Assembly: GCA_016191085.1 (NCBI GenBank)
Contig: JACPPJ010000012.1
Coordinates: 281 to 64,280, forward strand
Source of the DNA: Acidobacteriota bacterium
GTDB taxonomy: Bacteria > Acidobacteriota > Terriglobia > 2-12-FULL-54-10
Length of the DNA stretch: 64,000 nucleotides
Direction: 5' to 3'
In this document: piece after piece, positions 1-9,475 of the stretch
Numbering within the stretch: the stretch's first letter is position 1
Layout: each line of letters begins with the position of its first letter
Translations under genes and position numbers: made by a program
The notes under the pieces: model-generated
The model's database searches: none
The model's input: only the letters and a program-made list of their open reading frames with translations
What the model was told of the DNA's origin: nothing

Positions 1-246
1 CGTCGCTATTGCCATCTGGTTGAACCTCCTCGACCCAGTGAATCACACCAGGCCGGGTCCATACCATCAGGTCAGTTCGCAAACATCGCCCGGCGATCAT
101 CGGCCGATATACGCGAGGACTTCTTGCCGCTGTTTTTTTGCCCCGTCAACACATCAAAGAGCCGCTGAAGAATCAACCCCATGTAGCATTGCAGGCACGC
201 CATGTCCTGCCGGTCGAAGGTGAGACTGTCAGACTTCTTTTACATC

Positions 247-1410
247 CTACCTGGTCCGGGGTGGCGGCAGCGCTCCGGGCGTAGGTGAAAACGGAGATGG
301 TGGTGTGCCCGGACCAAACCCGGGCGGAGTGAAGGGTGGAACTCCCGGACCTGGTTGTTGAACACCGGGAGGCGGCATCCCAGGAGTGACAAAAGGCAGG
401 CTCCCCGGCCGCGGCTGGAATCCTGGTTGGAACCCTGGTTGTCCCGTCCCTGGCGGTTGGAATCCTGGCGGTTGAAAGGCCGGTTGCGTACCCGGCGGCA
501 TCTGACCAGGCGGCACTTGAGCGCCGGGCTGTACGGCCGGCGGGTTCTGCGCGGCAAATCTCGCCATCGCAAGCTGGTCCTGACGAAAATCGTAAATGAA
601 TTCCCACTTGCTGTAGTCATCGTAGCCGTTCCAAATACGGATGGATGATCCTTTGGCCATGCTTGCAAACCCCGCAATAGCCATGCCGCCGAATGTCTGC
701 AGACCGCCAGTTGTGGAGACCGGCAGCGAGCCGCCGATTGGCTGCGGCTGGGCCGCCGATGGAACGCTGCCCTGCGGCTGCTGGCCAAATGTCGTCCCTC
801 CCGCCTGCGCTTGTTGAGGGAACGCGCTCGGGCTTGCCGACGGTAACAGTGCCGGTTGCATACTCTGCCCGGGCTGCGGTGAAAATCCCTGAGGTAGCGG
901 ACTCGGGCCGGCGCTACTGCTGATGGGGTTCAGGCCCATCGCCACTTGTCCTGGGTTCTGTCCGAAAGAAGATTGGAAGCCGACCTGAGCAGCTTGCCCG
1001 CCCGGCTGAAACGTACTCGTCTGGGTTGTGGGTTCAGTCGTACCGCTCTGCTGTGTGGAAGGCGCACCTTGCTGGCCGGGAGCTCGCGGCATTTGCAACG
1101 GCGATGTTTGAGCGTCTACAAACGCGCCGTTCGGGCCAACATGAATCAGCCGCCACTCGCCTTCTTTCGTCATCGGGTCGGCGTAGCGCTTGCGCAAGAA
1201 GCGGATGTTATTCGTTTTTTCCAGTTCGTCAACTGAGTTGGGATATCGGCCGAACTTCCGGAAGAACAACTGCACGGCACGATGATATTGGAGGCCGCGA
1301 AAAACCAGTTCTGCTTCTTTCTGCCTGCGGCCTTCGAAAGCGGCCTGGCGAACGATGGTCGAGGCAGACACCAGCAGAAGCGCTGCGAAGAGCATGAACA
1401 CCATGAGCAC
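247..1410 (-). CDS. GspG-like pseudopilin (T2SS / type IV pilus-like) with a ~300-aa P/Q/G-rich low-complexity C-terminal region
   Basis: Part of ORF 247..1575. It has a pilin-like hydrophobic N-terminus (ERG/YVLMVFMLFAALLLVSAS), then a GspG-type core (QKEAELVFRGLQYHRAVQLFFRKFGRYPNSVDELEKTNNIRFLRKRYADPMTKEGEWRLI). The start is uncertain: GTG 1410, ATG 1404, or read-through from the hicA frame. Confidence 0.7.
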   Translation of the reverse strand: MLMVFMLFAALLLVSASTIVRQAAFEGRRQKEAELVFRGLQYHRAVQLFFRKFGRYPNSVDELEKTNNIRFLRKRYADPMTKEGEWRLIHVGPNGAFVDAQTSPLQMPRAPGQQGAPSTQQSGTTEPTTQTSTFQPGGQAAQVGFQSSFGQNPGQVAMGLNPISSSAGPSPLPQGFSPQPGQSMQPALLPSASPSAFPQQAQAGGTTFGQQPQGSVPSAAQPQPIGGSLPVSTTGGLQTFGGMAIAGFASMAKGSSIRIWNGYDDYSKWEFIYDFRQDQLAMARFAAQNPPAVQPGAQVPPGQMPPGTQPAFQPPGFQPPGTGQPGFQPGFQPRPGSLPFVTPGMPPPGVQQPGPGVPPFTPPGFGPGTPPSPFSPTPGALPPPRTR

Positions 1411-1452
1411 GTAACCGCGCTCGCCGTGACTCCGCCGCCCGTGCGCTTCGCC

Positions 1453-1672
1453 TTTTTCAAATTCCGTACGCGGAACCCCACTCTGGCGAATAATCGACAG
1501 CAGTGTGCCTTCGCGTATCTCGCGATGATCCGGAACCGGAACTGTTGTGGTTCCACCTTCTCGTTTGCGTTGCATAACAATATGGCTTCCGCGATGCCGA
1601 ACCGCTGCGAAACCATTCCGTTCGAGAATACGGCAAACCTCCTGGCCCCGAGAGTACCCGAAGATTACCCAT
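1453..1672 (-). pseudogene. hicA: HicA-family toxin, apparently frameshifted and lacking its own stop codon
   Basis: MGNLRVLSG (ATG at 1672, overlapping the end of hicB) is in one frame. QEVCRILERNGFAAVRHRGSHIVMQRKREGGTTTVPVPDHREIREGTLLSIIRQSGVPRTEFEK is in another. The shift sits in the GGGGCC run at 1644..1649, and there is no stop before the pseudopilin segment. Confidence 0.6.
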
Positions 1673-1868
1673 GCATGATTTCAAATCTGGTTCGCTCGGC
1701 GACCTCGGCCGGATCCGCGCATTCCAGGAACAACTCGACAGCTTCCTTGAGATTTGCCGTGGCTTCCTCGACGGTGGCGCCCTGGCTGGCCACGTCGAGT
1801 TCAGGACACAGCGCCACGTACATATCGCCTTCTTTCTCCAGGATCGCCGTGTAGCTGCTCTTCATCAT
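1665..1868 (-). CDS. hicB: HicB-family antitoxin (UPF0150-type)
   Basis: 67-aa ORF: MMKSSYTAILEKEGDMYVALCPELDVASQGATVEEATANLKEAVELFLE, a typical HicB N-terminal domain. It lies immediately upstream of the HicA-like sequence. Confidence 0.8.
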   Translation of the reverse strand: MMKSSYTAILEKEGDMYVALCPELDVASQGATVEEATANLKEAVELFLECADPAEVAERTRFEIMHG

Positions 1869-1877
1869 GCTATTCCG

Positions 1878-2498
1878 TTACTCCTCGACCAGCGGCAGTT
1901 GGCCACGCTGATGGGTCTGCATGTCTTCCCATTCGAGCGAATTCATTCCTATGCGCGCGATCTTATACCGCTTCGCAACCACCTCGCCCTCCTGAGCGAT
2001 GTAGATCTCCTCTCCATCGGTGAGAAAGGCCCGTTTTTCGGTCGTTCCCGGATGGCTGGACGTTCCGTAGAACTTCAGCGCAATGGTTGGAGGGGGCGGC
2101 GTGACGGGCGGCTGAGGCTGCGACTGCGGCGGTGCTACGATCGGGTCTGTAATCGGCTGGGGCGGCGGCGTATAGAACTGGAAAATATTCCTCGATCCAC
2201 CTTGGTATGTGATCTTGGCAGTCTTGCCGAGGAGGTCCAACCGAAGCGTCGGATCCAGCGCAGCCAGTTCCTGCTGATCCATCAACTTTTCCCGCCGGCC
2301 CGCATCGCGCGACGCGGCTGGGCGCTGCTGTCTCGGCGAATCTGTAGCGGGTGCAGCGGACGCCGAAGCGATAGGGCTGTCCTGGCGTGCCGGCTGAATC
2401 AGATTCTTCCACGCCAGCACGGCGGCGACCACTATCAGCACCGCCAGCAGCATAGTCTTCCAGTGTTGTTTGCCGGCCGACATTGCTCCGTTTTCCAC
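1878..2498 (-). CDS. Pilus/T2SS assembly protein, PilP/GspC-like (N-terminal TM helix, proline-rich linker, C-terminal beta domain)
   Basis: 206-aa ORF with a TM segment (TMLLAVLIVVAAVLAW). It follows pilM-pilN-pilO-like genes with a 1-nt overlap. The call rests on position and architecture only. Confidence 0.5.
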   Translation of the reverse strand: MENGAMSAGKQHWKTMLLAVLIVVAAVLAWKNLIQPARQDSPIASASAAPATDSPRQQRPAASRDAGRREKLMDQQELAALDPTLRLDLLGKTAKITYQGGSRNIFQFYTPPPQPITDPIVAPPQSQPQPPVTPPPPTIALKFYGTSSHPGTTEKRAFLTDGEEIYIAQEGEVVAKRYKIARIGMNSLEWEDMQTHQRGQLPLVEE

Positions 2499-3091
2499 TA
2501 CGAAACCGCGTAGGTTTGCATCAAAAGGTTGAGGCGCAGGCCGCGAGACGGCGACGCCGAGACATTGACGTTCTCAATGATCCAAAATAACTCTGACTGC
2601 TCCAGTTTGTTAATGAACCGCATCAGCTCAGGGTATACACCTTCCACAGACATAGCAACCGTCACGTTGACGAACCCCGGCTGTGCCGGATCAGTCTTTA
2701 ATTGATAATTGATGCTGGATGTCTTTACCTGGTTTGCCGAGGCGAGCCGCTCGAGGTCCGACACCATGGCCGAGAACGCCGTGTTGCGGCTAAGGAAATG
2801 CACCTTTGTGAACTCATTGTCGTTTTGGATCGCCGACCCGAGCTTGGCACGCAACTCGCGCATCTGCGCCACCCGCGCGAGGGTGACATCGTACCGCTCC
2901 TTGCTGCGCTTTAATTGTTCCTGCCGTTCAGAAAGAGAGCGCCCGGGTGGGCGGAATACGAGGAACAGGAGTATCGCGTTCAGCACGACGAGAACCGCGA
3001 GCACTAGGCGCATCCTGGACCGAGCCGGGGATTCGCCGAGTCTGGAAAATGACAAGCCCTGCATAGGCGTCAGCCGCTGAAAGATTGCCAT
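2498..3091 (-). CDS. pilO: PilO/GspM-like pilus assembly protein
   Basis: 197 aa with a single N-terminal TM, a coiled coil and a C-terminal ferredoxin-like region. It sits directly after the PilN-like gene. Confidence 0.65.
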   Translation of the reverse strand: MAIFQRLTPMQGLSFSRLGESPARSRMRLVLAVLVVLNAILLFLVFRPPGRSLSERQEQLKRSKERYDVTLARVAQMRELRAKLGSAIQNDNEFTKVHFLSRNTAFSAMVSDLERLASANQVKTSSINYQLKTDPAQPGFVNVTVAMSVEGVYPELMRFINKLEQSELFWIIENVNVSASPSRGLRLNLLMQTYAVS

Positions 3092-3790
3092 CTATCGGCC
3101 TTCCTTATGCGGCGCACGTCTCCGATCGGACGGAAGCGCGCTCGTCAGTCCGGCAACGGACGCAGCCGCTCCCTGGTGGTTCTGCGGATCCTGCTCCCGC
3201 GCATTCGTCGCGGCTTCCGTGCCACCCTGACGATAAAGAACGCTCAGTTCTAAACTGATGTTCTGGTCGGGCGCCCTCTCAGCCGGGAAGCGCTGCGAGT
3301 CCACCACAGGCGTACCGAACTGTGCAGAGTCTTCAAGATTTTTCAAGAACTCAATCAACGGCGCCACTGCGGGAGAGGATACCGTTAAATTCAGTTGCGC
3401 CTGCGCCTCCCGATTTGGACTGGGTCGAATAGCCGCGACCTGTACCTTGTGAGGCAAGATCTTCTCCAGGTCCATAAATATCTGTGTCCAGGAAAGACTC
3501 TTCCGTACGATGAGAGAATTCAGGAACGCGGAATGATCCCGAATCTCTTGCACTTCGGGTCGGCCCAGCCATGTGATCAGCTCTTGCTCCTCGTTCCGCA
3601 GCTTCACCATATCTCGATCGAGCTGCTCGCTTTGCTCAGCAAGCGTGCGCGTATCATTCCGGTTTTGCTGGGACTTCCACGCCACGGTCAAAGATAACGC
3701 GATCACCAGCAGCACCCCGGCTACGGCGGCCAAGTACATTGGCCGGAGATTTTCGTATGGCTGTGAAGCCAGGTTAATGGGAACTCTCAT
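3092..3790 (-). CDS. pilN: PilN-like fimbrial assembly protein
   Basis: MRVPINLASQPYENLRPMYLAAVAGVLLVIALSL is a typical PilN N-terminus and TM segment, followed by a coiled coil. Its start overlaps the pilM-like stop by 4 nt. Confidence 0.7.
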   Translation of the reverse strand: MRVPINLASQPYENLRPMYLAAVAGVLLVIALSLTVAWKSQQNRNDTRTLAEQSEQLDRDMVKLRNEEQELITWLGRPEVQEIRDHSAFLNSLIVRKSLSWTQIFMDLEKILPHKVQVAAIRPSPNREAQAQLNLTVSSPAVAPLIEFLKNLEDSAQFGTPVVDSQRFPAERAPDQNISLELSVLYRQGGTEAATNAREQDPQNHQGAAASVAGLTSALPSDRRRAPHKEGR

Positions 3791-4821
3791 GCGATTTGCC
3801 GCTCCCGTACAATGCCCAGCAGGGCTGCAAAATGCCGCTCAGCGCGATATGGATCCATTCCCGAAACGACGCCATCGAAGTCCTCAACCAACGGGCTGGT
3901 GTTCAGCTGTAGTTCGTCCCGCAAGGACGACGCGACGTTGCCGCTGTTCTCTCCAAGCCCACAGAGAAAACCGTGCGTCACGGTTCCCTGGAAATTGTCC
4001 TGGAAGTAGGCGATAGAAGGATAAACCGACCCCAGAACATCAGCGGGCGAAAGCAAGCCATCCTCGCCGGCCGGCAGCGCCACCGTGCGGAACAGCCGCA
4101 ACGTTGCCCCTTGCAGTATCGCCGTCGTAAACCATGGCGGATTATATTTCGCAATCAATACACCGGCTATAAGGCGGCCGGCATCCCCCACGACAGCCGG
4201 CGCGCGTTCATCTTCACCGGGGGCAAGCCCGAGAGCCGCCAGCGTGGAAAGAGTCACCCACTTGGGACGGAAGCCGAACTGCTCTGCCACGGACTCATAC
4301 TGCCAGATGATGCGCTGTGGGGCAGCCACCGCGACAACCTGCAACTCCGAGCCGGACCCTTGGACGAAGTAGGAGATGGCCGCCGATTCCACGTCAAATG
4401 GCAGTGACTTTTTCAAGCGCCACTTCACCAGCGGCAGACCTTGCGAGATGTTGTCCGGAAAAGTGTCGAAGCTTAATACAAACAGCCGCGCAGCCTGGTC
4501 GGGGATCACCAGCACCGCATCGGTCGGCTTCCTCACAGCAGAACTAGCAGTCACGCCCAGCGACGACAAGGCTTCCGCGAAGGCACGCTGCACAGCCTCA
4601 GGCTGCTGAATGTTGTCATGGAGGGGCGAAGCCTCAATGGCGCCTGCCGCAAGCGGCCTCCAGGCCGCTGTCTCAAGCGAACTAGAACTGCGAGACCAGC
4701 GGGCGATGCTGATTCCCTCGTCGGAAATTTCACACCCCAACGTCGGCAACGGGGTGCGCCACCGACCATCCCCCCAGCGGGACGAGGCGCCTGATTTATT
4801 TGAGCCGTTTTGCATCTTCAA
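3787..4821 (-). CDS. pilM: PilM-like (actin-fold) pilus assembly protein
   Basis: 344 aa with PilM/GspL-like segments (VLVIPDQAARLFVLSFDTFP, LVKWRLKKSLPFDVE). It sits upstream of the pilN/pilO-like genes. Confidence 0.7.
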   Translation of the reverse strand: MKMQNGSNKSGASSRWGDGRWRTPLPTLGCEISDEGISIARWSRSSSSLETAAWRPLAAGAIEASPLHDNIQQPEAVQRAFAEALSSLGVTASSAVRKPTDAVLVIPDQAARLFVLSFDTFPDNISQGLPLVKWRLKKSLPFDVESAAISYFVQGSGSELQVVAVAAPQRIIWQYESVAEQFGFRPKWVTLSTLAALGLAPGEDERAPAVVGDAGRLIAGVLIAKYNPPWFTTAILQGATLRLFRTVALPAGEDGLLSPADVLGSVYPSIAYFQDNFQGTVTHGFLCGLGENSGNVASSLRDELQLNTSPLVEDFDGVVSGMDPYRAERHFAALLGIVRERQIA

Positions 4822-5348
4822 TCGCTATCCACTATCTGACGGAATGCGCCTTTTTCGAACACGTAAGTAGCTCCAGCCTTCTCGAAGCAATAAGCGCTCA
4901 CGCCATCCTCTGAATAGGTGCCGTACGTTTGTTTCTCATAGTCGTAGTAACGATGTCCTTTTCGAGCGCGTGTAATGCCGTCACCGCAATAAGGGTTGTC
5001 TATGAGATAAAGCTTCACACTCGTCTTCAGATCGAGACAAACCGCAATGTTTAAGGAGTCTAGCCGGCCGGAGTAATCAGGTTCAGGCGCGGGGCCGTCC
5101 TGAATTAGCAACGCCAGATCGGTACGGCCATTTCCATCGAAGTCTCCAGAAGCAATAGTCGGGTTCTCGTGCTGATCCTTAGCCCACTTGGCCACCTCTG
5201 GCGTCACCGGAGCGAAGCGCCACTGTTTAAATTTTGCCTTGAGCTGGGCTTCGCAAGGTTGAAGAAGCATCGTCTGCTTTCGTTGAGCATGAGCGGCCAT
5301 AGGAGAAATCGCCAGAGTAAGGAACACAGCAATGCGGAGGCGACTCAT
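4818..5348 (-). CDS. Secreted protein with a single FG-GAP/VCBS-like calcium-binding motif
   Basis: Signal peptide MSRLRIAVFLTLAISPMAAHA and motif GDFDGNGRTDLAL. It is wedged between pilB and pilM with overlapping ends. An alternative start at 5378 is possible. Confidence 0.55.
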   Translation of the reverse strand: MSRLRIAVFLTLAISPMAAHAQRKQTMLLQPCEAQLKAKFKQWRFAPVTPEVAKWAKDQHENPTIASGDFDGNGRTDLALLIQDGPAPEPDYSGRLDSLNIAVCLDLKTSVKLYLIDNPYCGDGITRARKGHRYYDYEKQTYGTYSEDGVSAYCFEKAGATYVFEKGAFRQIVDSD

Positions 5349-5370
5349 CGCGGGCAGCGTCACGGGATTC

Positions 5371-7020
<1,650 letters not shown>

Positions 7021-7044
7021 CAAAAAAAACCTCAAACCCCCCGG

Positions 7045-8250
7045 TTAGACCCTGCCCGCCAATGAGAATATCGGCAAGTACAGCGCGATTAGAACCGTTG
7101 CCACGACAACACCCATGATGATCAGAATCGCCGGCTCGATCAGCGTCAGCATGGCTGCCAGACTCGTGCTGACGTCCTCTTCGTAGAAATCCGCGACGCT
7201 CGAAAGCATCTGGGGCAAGGCCCCGCTCGATTCACCCACCTGAACCATTTCGATGGCCAGCTCGGGGAAGAACCCGCTGTCCGATAACCCCTGAGACAAC
7301 GGCCGCCCCTCGCGCACTTGGCGGCCTGCCGAATCCAGCGAGTGCCGCAGCAGCGGCGATGTCACCGATTGCCCCGCAGTCTCCAAAGCCTGCACGACCG
7401 GAATGCCGCCGGACAGCAACGTCGCCAGAATGCGCGAAAACTGCGCCACCTGGTGCTTGATCCAGATCATGCCCACCAGCGGCAGGTTCATCTTTAGCCG
7501 GTCCAGGCTCTCAGCGCCTTTTTCGGTCGAGCGCCAGATCAAAACACCGACAACGGTACCGACTACCAGGATCATGAGCGCGATCTGGTATTTCTTAAAG
7601 GCGTCGGTGAATGCGATCAATCCGCGTGTCAGTGGCGGAAGATCACGCGCCATGCTGCGGTAAAGTTCGGCGAAATTCGGGATGACGTAAGTCACCAGGA
7701 AAGTGACCATAATCAAAACCATCGCCACCAGGAGCGCCGGATAGACCAGTGAAGCTATCAATCTTTTCTTTACTGAGAGCGCCATACGCTGATACTGAAT
7801 GTAGCGCTCGAGCACCTCTTCCAGGTTGCCGCTCTTCTCTCCCGCCATTAATGACGTGGTGTAAATTTCAGGGAAAATGCCCTGCGCGCGGAACGCCTCG
7901 GACAACAGCGATCCGCTCTTGACGCTCTCCCTCACCTCCTGGATGATGATGCGCAAAGAGGGGTGCGCCAATTGGCCGCTCAACAACTCCAGTGACTTAA
8001 CGATCGGCAACCCGGCCCGGATCAGCGTAACGAATTGCTGATTGAAGGTCAGAAACTCGGCGACCTTGACCTTCTTCTTTGCCGGTGCGGTCTTTGCCAA
8101 CCCGCCGACGGATGCGCGGCGGCGAATCGAGTAAATGAAAAAGCCCTGCTGTGCATAGCGGTCCCGCAGCTCGTTCTCGGAAGCGGCGCTCTCCACCCGC
8201 TTCAGAACTTCTCCGCGCTCATTCGCTAATCTCGCGACGTATTCAGGCAT
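7045..8250 (-). CDS. pilC: GspF/PilC-family inner-membrane platform protein
   Basis: Two T2SSF repeats (LTFNQQFVTLIRAGLPIVKSLE and QVAQFSRILATLLSGGIPVVQALE). The start is either ATG 8250 or GTG 8304. Confidence 0.85.
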   Translation of the reverse strand: MPEYVARLANERGEVLKRVESAASENELRDRYAQQGFFIYSIRRRASVGGLAKTAPAKKKVKVAEFLTFNQQFVTLIRAGLPIVKSLELLSGQLAHPSLRIIIQEVRESVKSGSLLSEAFRAQGIFPEIYTTSLMAGEKSGNLEEVLERYIQYQRMALSVKKRLIASLVYPALLVAMVLIMVTFLVTYVIPNFAELYRSMARDLPPLTRGLIAFTDAFKKYQIALMILVVGTVVGVLIWRSTEKGAESLDRLKMNLPLVGMIWIKHQVAQFSRILATLLSGGIPVVQALETAGQSVTSPLLRHSLDSAGRQVREGRPLSQGLSDSGFFPELAIEMVQVGESSGALPQMLSSVADFYEEDVSTSLAAMLTLIEPAILIIMGVVVATVLIALYLPIFSLAGRV

Positions 8251-8263
8251 AGCACCAGTTGAT

Positions 8264-8305
8264 AGTGACGAGTGACAAACAAGAGCAGCCGTGTCACTCA
8301 TCACT
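8264..8305 (-). repeat. Intercistronic 14-bp-stem hairpin (copy 1 of a shared palindromic repeat)
   Basis: On the transcript: AGUGAUGAGUGACA-14 nt-UGUCACUCGUCACU, giving 13 Watson-Crick pairs plus one G-U. It starts directly after the LolA-like stop codon. The motif GTCACTCATCACTT also occurs at 17049..17062. Confidence 0.6.
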
Positions 8306-9010
8306 TCACTGTTTTACGATTTCCGTTCCCGCAGGCGGCTTGAACTTGAACATCTCAGGCGCGAGCCGCGGGTCCAACATCTCATCCTCGAACCTGAACT
8401 CCGTTTGGATGCCGCCGGGTTCCTTGAGGATCAGGCGGCGAATTTGGCGCTCCGGCCCGATCTCCATAATCACCCATTCCAAACGGTCTCGCATCTGCCT
8501 TGGAACCGCTTTGATAATAACGTTGCGGCTGTCCAGCAGCGGTACGTCAGTCAGCTTCTGTACTTGATCGAACTCTTTCTTGAAACGCAGACCGCCTAAT
8601 AGAAACCGCATCGGGTTGCGGAGATCGTCGCTGTTCTTCAGGTCCGTTTGGGTGACCCGTTTGTCCTCGGGAACATAAAGCGTCACGCGGCGGCCGTCGG
8701 TCAAGAATAGCTTTGGTGCCGGGTCCTCGTACTCCCAGCGCATCTGTCCCGGTTTGCGCAAGTACAGCGTGCCAGCCTCCTGGCGAAGAACGCGCTGACC
8801 CTGTTGATACACTTGTTCAAACCGCAGCCGCAGCGTTTTCAAGCGGTTATATCTTGTTTCGACACCTCGCAGCAGCTTTTCCAACTCCAGGTCGGGAGAC
8901 ATTGAGGCAGAGATTTCAGTAGCGGCGGGGATCGTGGCCCAGACCGCAAATCCACAGCCCAGAAGGCATCCCCAGAGACAGAGATGGATTTTCAATTGCT
9001 TGCAATCCAT
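8306..9010 (-). CDS. LolA-like outer-membrane lipoprotein carrier family protein
   Basis: A signal/lipobox-like N-terminus followed by LolA-type segments (RLRFEQVYQQGQRVLRQEAGTLYLRKPGQMRWEY, KLFLTDGRRVTLYVPEDKRV). Confidence 0.75.
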   Translation of the reverse strand: MDCKQLKIHLCLWGCLLGCGFAVWATIPAATEISASMSPDLELEKLLRGVETRYNRLKTLRLRFEQVYQQGQRVLRQEAGTLYLRKPGQMRWEYEDPAPKLFLTDGRRVTLYVPEDKRVTQTDLKNSDDLRNPMRFLLGGLRFKKEFDQVQKLTDVPLLDSRNVIIKAVPRQMRDRLEWVIMEIGPERQIRRLILKEPGGIQTEFRFEDEMLDPRLAPEMFKFKPPAGTEIVKQ

Positions 9011-9150
9011 GCAGCCCTTTCAGGATAGCATAATCCAGTGCCGGCGGGGACAGTGCCAATTCGCTCTCCTGCCATTGACCGGAAAGCTAAGAAGGCATTA
9101 GAATAATGCCTGTTCCAATATCAAGAAACAGACAGGGAGACGGTAAAAGG

Positions 9151-9420
9151 ATGGCGAACCATTTTTCGGCAATCAAGAGAGTAGCTCAAACGCGCAAACG
9201 GACGGCGGTCAATCGCCAGCGCAAGGGCGTGCTCCGCGCCACCTTACGTAACTTCCGTGAGTCGCTCGCGGGGGGCTCCGAAAAGGCTCTTCCAGCTCTG
9301 CCGCAAACCCTCTCCGGCATTGATAAAGCCGCGCAGAAGGGCCTGATCCATAAGAATACCGCCGCCCGATTGAAATCCCGCCTTACAGCGCGCCTAAACG
9401 CGCTGGCCGCGTCGAAATAG
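9151..9420 (+). CDS. rpsT: 30S ribosomal protein S20
   Basis: MANHFSAIKRVAQTRKRTAVNRQRKGVLRATLRNF...KGLIHKNTAARLKSRL is the canonical S20 sequence pattern. ATG at 9151 lies within ORF 9106..9420. Confidence 0.9.
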   Translation: MANHFSAIKRVAQTRKRTAVNRQRKGVLRATLRNFRESLAGGSEKALPALPQTLSGIDKAAQKGLIHKNTAARLKSRLTARLNALAASK

Positions 9421-9475
9421 CGCCAGCACGGCAGTGCTGCGTGAATTCCACGAACAGGCACCGTCACAGCACCAG

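Noticed and set aside
1-246. A possible partial gene at the left edge: minus-strand frames giving MACLQCYMGLILQRLFDVLTGQKNSGKK... or MVWTRPGVIHWVEEVQPDGNSD...
   Set aside because: The frames are short, interrupted by stops and have no recognisable motif, so a call cannot be supported.
9424-9439. The hairpin CAGCAC-GGCA-GTGCTG after rpsT as a terminator.
   Set aside because: The stem is only 6 bp with no U tract on either strand. It may help terminate the convergent genes, but the evidence is too weak to list as a feature.
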